Source: a virus (taxonomy: Duplodnaviria > Caudoviricetes). From it: a stretch of 61,636 bases of DNA. Location: positions 1 to 61,636 of the IMG/VR virus record IMGVR_UViG_3300048851_000113; one strand, given 5' to 3'. Of this stretch, positions 26,590 through 36,600 are shown piece by piece; the first letter of the stretch is position 1; each line of letters opens with the position of its first letter. The notes below the pieces were generated by a model, which was given only the letters and a program-made list of their open reading frames with translations, did no database searches and had not been told where the DNA came from. A program made the translations under genes and the position numbers.

Positions 26590-28118
26590 TGAGCAAGGCT
26601 CTCTATCCGACCCTGGCGCGTCGAGGCATGGTTCTACCGACGCGCATGCAGGCCAGCCGACGTGCCAGCTACGAGGCCGGCAGCGCGACGGGCAGCCGCT
26701 CGCGCACGTGGAATCCGGCGGGCTCCGGCCCGAATGCCGCCGCGACGAATAACCACGGGCTGATCGTCCGGCGAGCACGCGACGCCGTCCGCAATGACCC
26801 GTGGGCGAAGAAGTCCGTCACCACCTGGGTATCGAACGCCATCGGCACGGGCATCCAGCCGTACCCGCAGCACCCCGACAAGCGGATTCGGGCCAGCCTG
26901 AAAGACCTGTTTGCGGATTGGGTGCCGGACGCCGATGCAGATGGCCGGCTCGACTTCTACGGACTGCAGGTGCTGGCTGCGCGCGGCATCTTCATCGATG
27001 GCGAGGCCCTGTCGCGCCTGCGCCCGCGCCGCGTGACCGATGGTCTCGCGGTGCCGCTGCAGGTGCAGGCATTGGAAGCCGACCACCTGCCAGTGGAGCT
27101 GAACCAGCCTCTGCAAACCGGCGAGGTGGTCAATGGCGTGCAGTTCAACCAGATCGGCCAGCGCACCGCGTACCACATGTGGAACCAGCACCCGGGGGAG
27201 TTCGGTCGAGCATCCATCGTGCCTCGCGAAATTCGTGTGGTGCCGGCGGACCAGGTCGTGCACGCGTTCCAGACCCTGCGCCCCGGCCAGGTGCGTGGGG
27301 TGTCCGAACTGGCCACCGTTCTGCTGCGGCTGAAGACCCTCGACGACTTCGACGATGCGGTGGCATTCCGCCAGGAAGTGGCGAATCTTTTCGCTGGCTT
27401 CATTCGCAAGCCGGTGTCCGAGGCCAATCCGAACGATCCGACAGACGACGGCACCGGCTGGGAAACCATCGACACCGATGGCTCGCCAATGGTGGCGCTG
27501 GAGCCCGGCACGATGCAGGAGCTGGCGCCAGGCGAGGAGGTGAGTTTCGCCAGCCCGCCCGGGCCCGGCGCCGAATACGAAGGATTCATGCGGCAGCAGT
27601 TGATGGCCGCCTTCGCGTCCGTCGGCGTGCCGTACGAGATCGGCACAGGCGACCTCCGTGGCATCAGCGACCGGACCCTGCGCGTTCTCGTCAACGAGTT
27701 CCACCGTCTGATCGAGCAGTACCAGTGGACGGTGTTCATCCACCAGTGGTGCCGTCCTATGTGGAATGCCTTCATCGACATGGCGTATCTGGCCGGCGTG
27801 CTGAGCATCCCCGACTACTTGGCCAACCGCCGGCTGTATCGCCGCGTTCGATGGGTGCCGCAGGGCTGGGCGTACTTCAACCCGGTACAAGACATCAAGG
27901 CGAAGAAGGACCAGGTGCGCGCCGGCTTTAAGAGTCGATCGGGCGTCATTTTGGAGCAGGGCGACGACCCGGACGACGTCGACGAGGAAATTCGTCTCGA
28001 CAACCAGCGGGCGGACGACAACGAGATGGTGTTCGACAGCGACCCCCGCCGCGTCACCGGCACCGGTGCTGCTTCGGGCGCTGACGTGTCCGAACCAGCT
28101 GACAGTTCGATTGCATAG
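26589..28118 (+). CDS. Lambda-family portal protein
   Basis: RARDAVRN, RPGQVRGV, LAPGEEV; position. Confidence 0.93.
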   Translation: MSKALYPTLARRGMVLPTRMQASRRASYEAGSATGSRSRTWNPAGSGPNAAATNNHGLIVRRARDAVRNDPWAKKSVTTWVSNAIGTGIQPYPQHPDKRIRASLKDLFADWVPDADADGRLDFYGLQVLAARGIFIDGEALSRLRPRRVTDGLAVPLQVQALEADHLPVELNQPLQTGEVVNGVQFNQIGQRTAYHMWNQHPGEFGRASIVPREIRVVPADQVVHAFQTLRPGQVRGVSELATVLLRLKTLDDFDDAVAFRQEVANLFAGFIRKPVSEANPNDPTDDGTGWETIDTDGSPMVALEPGTMQELAPGEEVSFASPPGPGAEYEGFMRQQLMAAFASVGVPYEIGTGDLRGISDRTLRVLVNEFHRLIEQYQWTVFIHQWCRPMWNAFIDMAYLAGVLSIPDYLANRRLYRRVRWVPQGWAYFNPVQDIKAKKDQVRAGFKSRSGVILEQGDDPDDVDEEIRLDNQRADDNEMVFDSDPRRVTGTGAASGADVSEPADSSIA

Positions 28119-28126
28119 GAGCCGAC

Positions 28127-29239
28127 ATGGCGAAGAAAAAGCAGTGGTACGCCATGAAGGCGACCGAAACCAGTGGACAGAAGACGGCCGAGATCCGGAT
28201 CTACTCGGAAATCGGCTTCTGGGGCATGACCGCGTCGGACTTCATGGCCGAGCTGGACACCATCGCCGCCGATGCGTCGGCGATCGTGGTGTCCATCAAC
28301 TCGCCGGGCGGAGACGTGTTCGATGCCTTCGCGATCTACAACGGACTGCGACGCTACGCGGGCAAGGTCACCACACGCGTGGACGGCGTTGCCGCCAGTG
28401 CAGCGTCGCTGATCATGATGGCCGGCGACGACATCGTTATGCCCGAAAACGCGACGATCATGATCCACAACGTGTGGACCATCGCCGGCGGCACTGCGGA
28501 AGATCTCCGCAAGGCGGCCGAGATGATGGACAAGCTGCGCGACGGCATCGTCGCCGCTTACCAGCGCAGCGGCCAGAGTGAGGCCGACATCATTGCGATG
28601 ATGGACGCCACCACGTGGATGACGGCCGCCGAGGCACTGGAGAAAGGCTTCTGCACGGCCATCGAGGAGCCGGTGAAGCTTGCCGCGTCGGCCGAGATGA
28701 CGGCGTTGTTGGCGCGTCATGCGAATGCCCCCGAGGCGCTGATCGCCCAGCTCGAAGGCGACGACCCGCCGCCGGCTGACCCTTCGCCGGGTTCCGAGCC
28801 GCCCCCCGTACCCGCCGCCGATCCGGCGCCCGCGTCCACACCGGACCCGGGCGCGGCGACCACGGAACCGAAGGCGCTGACGGCGCGCGTTTTCGCGGCC
28901 TGCCGCGCAGCCAACCTGGGCCATCTTGCCGAGGGCGTGCTGGCATCCGGCGGCTTGGACGGCGAAGCGCAGGCGGACGCGCGAGTCGCGCAGGCGAAGG
29001 AAATCGCCGGGCTGTGCCTGGCAGCCAAGCTTCCCGACCGCGCAGCGGACTTCGTCATGTCCGGCCTGACGCCCGATTTGGCGCGCGCCCGCCTCTTCGA
29101 CGCCATCAACTCCGGCGCCGCGGCCCGTATCAGCAACGTGCAGCGCCCCCCCACGAACACGGCTCCGTCGCAGAGCGGGCCGAATCCTGCGGCGATCTTG
29201 GCAGCTCGCCGGCAAGCCACCTCTGCCATCAACCGTTAA
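28127..29239 (+). CDS. ClpP-like head maturation protease with scaffold-like C-terminus
   Basis: INSPGGDVF, AASAAS, IMIHN, Pro-rich linker. Confidence 0.9.
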   Translation: MAKKKQWYAMKATETSGQKTAEIRIYSEIGFWGMTASDFMAELDTIAADASAIVVSINSPGGDVFDAFAIYNGLRRYAGKVTTRVDGVAASAASLIMMAGDDIVMPENATIMIHNVWTIAGGTAEDLRKAAEMMDKLRDGIVAAYQRSGQSEADIIAMMDATTWMTAAEALEKGFCTAIEEPVKLAASAEMTALLARHANAPEALIAQLEGDDPPPADPSPGSEPPPVPAADPAPASTPDPGAATTEPKALTARVFAACRAANLGHLAEGVLASGGLDGEAQADARVAQAKEIAGLCLAAKLPDRAADFVMSGLTPDLARARLFDAINSGAAARISNVQRPPTNTAPSQSGPNPAAILAARRQATSAINR

Positions 29240-29248
29240 GGAGCAACC

Positions 29249-29596
29249 ATGCCCCCGAAGTTCATCGAACAGCAGTCGCGCATTGCCGACTTCCTTCTGT
29301 CCGAAGCCCCCGGCTATCGGTCCCGCGAGAACGCTGTCCTGGCTGGCCCGGACGAGCCGCTGCCCGCTGGTCAAGTGCTGGCCGTGGTCGGCGGCAAGTA
29401 CGTGCCGTACGTGGCCGCGGATGCCGCCACCGCACCCGCGGCAGCCATCCTCTACGCCCCGGCGCCGGCATCGGACACCGACCTGTTGGTCGCCGTGATC
29501 GTGCGGGATGCCGAAGTTGCCGAGGCGCTGCTCGTGGATGTGGAGGCTGCTGCGATTGCGGACCTGGTCGACGTCGGCATCATCGTTCGCGACTGA
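29249..29596 (+). CDS. Head decoration protein D-like
   Basis: DFLLSEAPGYRSRE; between protease and capsid. Confidence 0.85.
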   Translation: MPPKFIEQQSRIADFLLSEAPGYRSRENAVLAGPDEPLPAGQVLAVVGGKYVPYVAADAATAPAAAILYAPAPASDTDLLVAVIVRDAEVAEALLVDVEAAAIADLVDVGIIVRD

Positions 29597-29672
29597 TCTC
29601 CTGCGGATACCTGTCCGCTTTCCAAGTTCGATGGCCGCCTGAAGGGCGGCCGCTTTCATTTCAGGAGCCAAC

Positions 29673-30680
29673 ATGGCCGAAATCTCGATTTTCGAGGACG
29701 AAGCGTTCTCGGTCCCCAACCTCGCTGTCGCCATCAACGAGCAACCGTTTGTTCCGGGCCGCATTGCGCGCCTCGGCCTGTTCCGCGAAGAGTCGGTGCC
29801 GACGCTGACGGTGCAGGTCGAGTTCGACGGCGATCGTCTGCGTCTGGTGTTCGCAAAGCCGCGCGGTGGCGTTCCCCAGGTGGAAACGCTCGGCCGCCGC
29901 AAGCTGTTGCCGTTCAACGTGGTGCACCTGCCGGAATGGTCCACCATGATGGCGGACGAGATCCAAGGCATCCGCGCCTTCGGCAAGCAGTCTGAACTCG
30001 AAGTTGCGCAGGCGCGCGTCGCGAAGTACCAGGCAAAGCACCGCACCCAGCTGGACATGACCCATGAATGGCAGCGCATCGGTGCCATCAAAGGGCTGGT
30101 GCTCGATGCCGACGGAACCACGCCTCTGATCGACATCTACGACGCATTCAAGATCGACCAACAGTCTGTGGCCTTCGACCTCGGCACTGCAGGAACGCTC
30201 GTTCGAAAAAAGGCCACCCAGGTCGTCGACCTGATCAGCGACGCGCTCGGCGGCACGCCTTTCATGAAGGTGCGCGCGCTTTGCGGCAAGAACTTCTGGG
30301 AAGACCTCATCGAGCACAAGTCGGTTCGTGAAACCTACCTGAACACGTCGCAGGCAGCAGAATTGCGCGGCGCCCTGCCCGACGAGTTCGAACTGGGGGG
30401 CATCATCTTCGAGCGTTACCGCGGCAAGGTCGGCCCGACGGCGTACGTCGCAGATGACGAGGCGCACGCCTTCCCCGAGGGCGTGCCCGACATGTTCGTG
30501 ACGTGGTTCGGCCCGGCAGACTGGATGGAAACGGTCAACACGGACGGCCTGCCGTACTACTCCAAGGTCGAACGCATGCCGTTCGACAAGGGCGTCCAGA
30601 TCGAGTCGCAATCCAACCCGCTGCACATGAACACCCGCCCGGGCGCAACGATCCGTCTCGTGCGCGGCGCTGCGGTGTGA
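29673..30680 (+). CDS. Major capsid protein E family
   Basis: THEWQRIGAIKG, FGPADWMETVNT, QSNPL. Confidence 0.92.
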   Translation: MAEISIFEDEAFSVPNLAVAINEQPFVPGRIARLGLFREESVPTLTVQVEFDGDRLRLVFAKPRGGVPQVETLGRRKLLPFNVVHLPEWSTMMADEIQGIRAFGKQSELEVAQARVAKYQAKHRTQLDMTHEWQRIGAIKGLVLDADGTTPLIDIYDAFKIDQQSVAFDLGTAGTLVRKKATQVVDLISDALGGTPFMKVRALCGKNFWEDLIEHKSVRETYLNTSQAAELRGALPDEFELGGIIFERYRGKVGPTAYVADDEAHAFPEGVPDMFVTWFGPADWMETVNTDGLPYYSKVERMPFDKGVQIESQSNPLHMNTRPGATIRLVRGAAV

Positions 30681-30988
30681 TGGACATCGCCGCGTTGATC
30701 GACGCGGCGGTTGACCGGGCCGGCCTGCGGGAGCCGGCGACCCTGCTGTCGGCGGAAGAGCCGCTTCCCACCTTCATGGTGGACTTCCGCCAGCCGCAAC
30801 GGGTCGTGATCGACCAGCAGGCCCACATCACCATGACGACGATCGAATACACCACCAGCGCCGTTCGGCAGCTGGTGGAAAACGATCTGGTGCAGGTGCG
30901 GGGCACGGTCTACCGCGTCGTAGAACCTCCGACGCTGCTGCAGGACGGCAGCTGGAGCATTGCCGACCTGGAGGAAAGCCATGGATAG
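30680..30988 (+). CDS. Head-tail joining protein (FII-like)
   Basis: Size, position and beta-rich pattern. Confidence 0.65.
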   Translation: MDIAALIDAAVDRAGLREPATLLSAEEPLPTFMVDFRQPQRVVIDQQAHITMTTIEYTTSAVRQLVENDLVQVRGTVYRVVEPPTLLQDGSWSIADLEESHG

Positions 30989-31412
30989 CTTGGTCAAGGT
31001 CTACGTCGATGCTCTATATCAGCAGTTGGAGGCGGTCACCGATTTTCCCGCTGCGCTCGAGCGCTCGACCATCCGGGCATTCACGCGCGACGAGAAGGCG
31101 GTGCTCGTGATCGCACGCGGCGCCGAGGAGGTGCTGGGCGGAGCACCGTTCCCAATGGCGGACCGCGTTCGGGAAATCCAGTGTGTCATCCACACCGTCG
31201 ACGACGGCGACGACACAGTTTCGGACGCGGTGTTCATCGCTCTGCAGCCTGTTGTCATGCGTCTGGCCGGCGCCGGTCTGCCGGGACTGACCGACGTCGT
31301 GGAGCACGGTACCGACGAGCCTCGCTTCGTGAAGGACAAGCCCTCGCGAAAGTACATCGCGAAGCGGTTCCGTCTGTTCTATCGCTCGCAGCAAGACTCC
31401 CTCACTGAATAG
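30981..31412 (+). CDS. Tail terminator-like protein (gpU position)
   Basis: Position and size; GGAGG RBS. Confidence 0.6.
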   Translation: MDSLVKVYVDALYQQLEAVTDFPAALERSTIRAFTRDEKAVLVIARGAEEVLGGAPFPMADRVREIQCVIHTVDDGDDTVSDAVFIALQPVVMRLAGAGLPGLTDVVEHGTDEPRFVKDKPSRKYIAKRFRLFYRSQQDSLTE

Positions 31413-31421
31413 GAGACGAAC

Positions 31422-31718
31422 ATGCCCCCGAAAGACCTTACGGCAACCAATGCCCCCGCGGCCTCGCCCTCGGCGCACGCATCGGCCGACGTCATGGCGG
31501 CCAGCGTGCCCCCCAGCGTTGGCGTGGCACTGGCTGTGCCGCCCGCTGCTGTCCTCGTGGCCGGCGCGTTGATGCGTCCGGTTGGTACTGGTGGCAGCTA
31601 CTTCGTAGCGCGCGGCTCGACCGATCCCGAGCATGTCGTGAAGCCGCCCGCCGGTGCCGATCCGACGCGCGATCCCGAGGCGGCCCGCCCGCGCCCGCCG
31701 GACAGTTCCGGCACCTGA
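31422..31718 (+). CDS. Small Pro/Ala-rich protein
   Basis: AGGAG RBS; GTGGSY motif. Confidence 0.5.
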   Translation: MPPKDLTATNAPAASPSAHASADVMAASVPPSVGVALAVPPAAVLVAGALMRPVGTGGSYFVARGSTDPEHVVKPPAGADPTRDPEAARPRPPDSSGT

Positions 31719-31742
31719 TCACTTCCCACCTGAACGAACACC

Positions 31743-31780
31743 AGCCCGCCAGGCCATCGCGCCTCGGCGGGCTTTCTTTT
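31743..31780 (+). terminator. Intrinsic terminator-like hairpin
   Basis: AGCCCGCC...GGCGGGCTTTCTTTT. Confidence 0.65.
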
Positions 31781-31805
31781 GCGCCCCTGGCGCGAGGAGC
31801 ATTAC

Positions 31806-32738
31806 ATGGGTCTCAAGTCGCGCCAGGCGCTCGTCCTCTTCAAGATCGAGACGGCCTACGGCATCAACCCCGTGCCCACCGCTGCGGCCAACGCGGTGCT
31901 GTGCAACGTCACGACGCCACGCCCGGTTGTCCCCACGTCCGTGGACCGCAACAACATCCAGGCGTACCTGGGCCACCAGGGCAGCGTGCAGGTCAATGAC
32001 CACGCCGAGTTCCAGCTGGAGGTCGAGGCAACCGCTTCCGGCACCCTGGGTGTCGCCCCCGGTATCGGTCCGCTGCTGCGTGCCTGCGGCTTCGCCGAGG
32101 TCATCATCGAAGACGAGAGCGTCACCTACACGCCGATCAGCAACGGCTTCGAGTCCGCCACGATCGTGTTCAACCTCGACGGCAAGAAGCACGTCATCAC
32201 GGGCTGCCGCGGCACGGTCAACTTCGATGGCTCGCCCGGCCAGATTCCGAAGTTCAACTTCAGTTTCGTCGGCCTGCAGTCGGACATCAGCGATGAGCCC
32301 CTGGACGCGTCGGGCGCCAACTACAGCGCCTTCACCACGCCGCTGGGCGTGAACAAGCAGAACAGCACGCTGCAGCTGTTCGGCGTGGCCGTGCCGGTGC
32401 ATGCGTTCACGATCGACGCGGCCGTGACGGCGCAGTACCTGAACGTGATCAACCAGGAGACGGTTGACATCACGCAGCGCGCGTCGACCGGCAGCGTCAC
32501 CCACGACAACACGCTGGTCGCGGTGAAGGACTGGGAAGGCCTGGCCCGCTCCGGCGACCTCGGCGCGCTCCTGTTCCAGCACGGCAAGGTCGCCGGCCGA
32601 ATCGTCGAGATCGAGGCGCCGAACGTCCAGTACTCCGACCCGACGGCTGGCGACGCGAACGGCACTGCGACGCTGCAGGCCTCGCTGAAGCTTAAGCCGC
32701 TGCTGGGCAACGACGAGTTTTCGATCATCTTCCGCTGA
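31806..32738 (+). CDS. Major tail tube protein
   Basis: KIETAYG, GPLLRACGF, GCRGTV; position. Confidence 0.85.
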   Translation: MGLKSRQALVLFKIETAYGINPVPTAAANAVLCNVTTPRPVVPTSVDRNNIQAYLGHQGSVQVNDHAEFQLEVEATASGTLGVAPGIGPLLRACGFAEVIIEDESVTYTPISNGFESATIVFNLDGKKHVITGCRGTVNFDGSPGQIPKFNFSFVGLQSDISDEPLDASGANYSAFTTPLGVNKQNSTLQLFGVAVPVHAFTIDAAVTAQYLNVINQETVDITQRASTGSVTHDNTLVAVKDWEGLARSGDLGALLFQHGKVAGRIVEIEAPNVQYSDPTAGDANGTATLQASLKLKPLLGNDEFSIIFR

Positions 32739-32850
32739 GCCTCGGCGGCCACCGCCAGGTGGCTGCCCTTTGCCCGGCCGCGTGCCGGGTTCTTTTTCCT
32801 ACCAGTCCACCAGCCCGCCGTCGAGCGGGCGCTTTCAACGAGGCAACACC

Positions 32851-33258
32851 ATGGCATTCGTCACCTCCCGCAATCCTCTGGCCGGCCGAGAAATCAAGGT
32901 CAGCGTCTACGGCCCCGACGGCAAGCTGCAATCGATTACGTTCGTCGCCCAGTACCGCCGATTCAAGCGCAAGGCGTTTCAGGCCCTGCAAGAGCAGATC
33001 AGCAAGATCGGCCAGCCGGTCTTTGATGAATCCAAGCAGGCGACGGGCGAGTTCCACAAGGCTCCGTACGAAACCGATCTTCACATGCTGAAGGACGTCC
33101 TGGGCGGCTGGGTCGGTGTTCAACATGCGGACGGCACCGAGCGCGCGTGCACGCAGGACGAGGTCGAGTCGCTCGTCGAGGACTGGCCGGAACTGCTGCA
33201 GCCGCTGATCAACGGCTTCTTCGAAGTGCATCGTGAGGCGCCGCGCGAAAAAAACTGA
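32851..33258 (+). CDS. Tail assembly chaperone G
   Basis: Follows tail tube; ends REKN at a slippery A-run. Confidence 0.8.
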   Translation: MAFVTSRNPLAGREIKVSVYGPDGKLQSITFVAQYRRFKRKAFQALQEQISKIGQPVFDESKQATGEFHKAPYETDLHMLKDVLGGWVGVQHADGTERACTQDEVESLVEDWPELLQPLINGFFEVHREAPREKN

Positions 33259-33617
33259 AGGGCGCGGCGCGATGGTGGGCGGGGGAGCGTCCGAACGGCA
33301 TCACCGCCACTCGCGACACCATCGAGCAGATGCGCCGAGATGGAGTGCCTGGGCACGTCATCGCCGAGTATGAAAAGCGGTCTCAGGCTGACGCTTACGA
33401 GGTCTGGCCGGAGAACTGGCCGCTCCTCGACCTGTTCCTCGCCTTGAAGCACCAATGGCGATACGCAGGCATGGACGGTCAGCGTGTGGGACTCGATTAC
33501 ACGGCGGTGCCCGTGGTGATGGACATGCTCGACGTGCCGAAGCGGCGCCGGCGGCAGTGGTTTGCCTGGATCCAGATGATGGAGCACGAAGCGCTGCAGG
33601 TGTTCAACAGCAAGTAG
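33255..33617 (+). CDS. Tail assembly chaperone T portion (DUF1799-like), probably reached by -1 frameshift
   Basis: Open -1 frame from 33255; EVWPENW, QWR...GLDY. Confidence 0.8.
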   Translation: MKGAARWWAGERPNGITATRDTIEQMRRDGVPGHVIAEYEKRSQADAYEVWPENWPLLDLFLALKHQWRYAGMDGQRVGLDYTAVPVVMDMLDVPKRRRRQWFAWIQMMEHEALQVFNSK

Positions 33618-33680
33618 CCGCCGCCAGGCGGCATTTATTCCAAGGCTCGCGCCTCAGCGGGCCTTTTCTATTGGTGTCGC

Positions 33681-36600
33681 ATGGCCGAAAAGAAACTCGC
33701 GGTAGCGCTGACGGCCGACGGGTCGGACCTGCAACGCGGCCTGGCAGCCGCCGGCGCCGCCGCGCAGCAGTTCGGGGCGACTACGTCGACCGCCATGTCG
33801 CAAGCGGCCGCAGCCGCCAGCAGCTTCACGATGTCGGCCAACCAGGTCGCGCTGGCGCAGCAAGCGCAGGAAGCTGCGGCCAACCGGTTCCTGTCCTCGC
33901 TCGAGCGCGAGAACACCATGATCGGGAAGGCGCGCGATCAGCAACTCGAACTGCGCGCGGCCATGCTAGGGGTGAGCAAGGCGGCAGAGCCGCTGATTCA
34001 GCAGTGGCGCGAGGTCACCGCAGCGGCGCAGGCTGCCGCCGCAGCCGAGAAGCAGGCAGCGGACGGCGCGGCGTTCGTCGCGTCGTTGAACGCCCGGGCG
34101 AGCGCCATCGGCAAGACGTCGTCTCAGCTGCTGGAAATGAAAGCCGCCGAACTCGGCGTGGCTGCCCAGGCCGCTCCGTTCATCGCGAAGCTGCGCGAGT
34201 CGGAGCAGGTCATCGCCAAGACCGGCGTGAGTGTGGGCCAGACGACACAGGCTATGCGCATGCTGCCGGCTCAGCTCACCGACGTGGTCACCAGCCTGCA
34301 GGGCGGACAGAATCCGTTCACGGTACTGCTGCAGCAGGGCGGCCAGACGAAAGACATGTTCGGCGGCTTCGGACCGATGTTCGCCGGCATTGGCGCGGCT
34401 CTGACCCCGCTGGTAGTGACGATCGGCGCCGCTGCGGTCGCGGTGGGCTCGCTCGGCTATGCCTTTGTCTCGAGCTCGCAAGAGTCCGAGGCGATGCGGA
34501 CGGCCATCATCGCCACCGGTCATGCGACGGGTCTGACCGCCGCGCAGATGCAGGACCTGGCCGGCCAGGTCGGGAAGGCCACTGGCGAATTTGGCACTGC
34601 CCGCGACGCGGCGCAGCAGCTCGCGGCAACCGGAAAAATCAGCGGCCGCCAGATCGAGGTCGCGCTCACCGGCGTCGTGGCCGGGACGAAGGTCACGGGG
34701 CAGGCCGTCACCGACCTCGTCGGCGACTTCGTCAAGCTCGGCGATGCCCCGTCGAGGGCCATCGCCGAACTGAACGAGAAATATCACTTCCTCACGGCCA
34801 CCACCTACGAGCAGATCGCCGCCCTTGAGCAGCAGGGCCGAACGACAGAAGCGGCGGCACTGGCGCAGCAGACCTACGCTGACGCGCTGAGCGCTCGCAG
34901 CGGTGAGATCGTCGCGAACATCGGGCTCTTCGCCCGCGCTTGGCGGATGGCGAAGAAGGACGCGGCGGAGGCTTGGGATGCCTTCCTTAATATCGGCCGC
35001 CCGAAGTCGCTGGCGACGGAAATCAGCGAGCAAATCGACAAGGTCGCCGATTTTCAGAAGGCCTATGCCGATGCGAAGCGGTTGGGGAATGAGCCTCTGG
35101 CGGCCCGTCAACTCGAGCAGCTGAACGTAGCGCGTGCCGACCTCATGTCGAAGCAAGAGCGGTCAGCGAACGAGTACACCGAGAACCGCAAGAAAACCGA
35201 GGCATCGCTTGCCGAACAGCGCTCGATCGATGCCCAACGGCGGCTCGGTCAGCTCGACCTCGAGATCAACAAAAGCAAGGCGCTGAGCGATGCCTTGCAG
35301 AAGAATAAGGCCGACGAGGCGGCGATCCGCGCGACGAATCCGAACAGCGAGTTCGTCACAGCGGCGGCGGTCGCTGCTCGTGAAGCCGAGACCCGGAAGA
35401 AATACGAGGACAAGTCCCGCGGGGTAGCTGGTCAGAACGCCATCAGCGGGCAGATGGCCGCGCTTCAGGCGCAGCAAAAGCTGGAGCAGGACGCGCTGAG
35501 GACGTCGCTCGACGAGCAGAAGAAGCTGCGCGAAACCGGTGCGATCGACCAGCAGACGTATTACGACGACATCTATTTCCTTCGTGACTCGTCCCTGAAG
35601 AAACAGCTGGCGCTCGCACAGCGGGAAGCCGAGGACGCCAAGGGCAAGACCAGTCTCGCTGCGCGCGAAGCCGCGAAAGGTAAGGTCGCCAAGATCCAGC
35701 AGGAGATCGAGGCGAACGAGTCCGAGCACCTGTCCAATGTCCAGGGCATTCGCGACCAGTACAAGGCGGACTTCTCGCAGCAGATCGGCCAGTGGGAAGA
35801 GCAGAAGCGCGCCGCGCAGGACGCTCTGACGACCGAGAATTCGATGCTCGGCAAGACCGATGGCCAGCGCCGGATCGCATCGGCTGGGATCAAGGTCGAG
35901 ATCGAGGCGCGGAAGTTCCTCGCCGATCAAAAGCGCAAGGGCGTCACGCTTTCCGACGAAGAGCTTGCCCAGCTCAGCAAGGAAACTGCTGAGCGCAAGG
36001 CCGCGGCGCAGCAGATGGAAGCCGACGCGCAGGCCGCGTCCGGCGCGCAGACGCTGTACGAACAAAACAGGCAGTTCGCCGCCGATTCGATCATGGACGA
36101 GCGCGAGGCGTCCGCGGCTCGCGTGCAGATCGAGCGAGAGAAGTGGCAAGGCGTCATTGCAGCGGCTACGGAGGGTTCCGAGGAGCGGCGCAACCTTGCA
36201 GAGCAGTTCCAGCAGTGGGAGGCAAACGAGGCCGCCCGGCCGCAGATCGAGGCGCAGAAGCGCGCGCAACGCGAGACGATCGGCGACTGGTCCAAGACCA
36301 TCGACAACGTGAATGACACGTTCCGCGAGGGCTTCGCGGACATGGTGAACGGCGGGACGGGCACCTGGAAGGCCTTCACGAAGTCGATGTCGACGACGTT
36401 CAAGACCACGGTTGTCGACAGCATGTACCAGGCGTTCGCCAAGCCGATGGTGGTGTCCGTTCTGGCGAACATCGCGGGCATGATCACCGGGAACAACTCG
36501 GTGAAGAACGGCATCCTGGACGCCAACGGCGGCGGTAGTAGCTGGCTCAACAATCTGTCGAGCGCGAACAGCTACGGCCAAACTGCCATGCAGGCCTATG

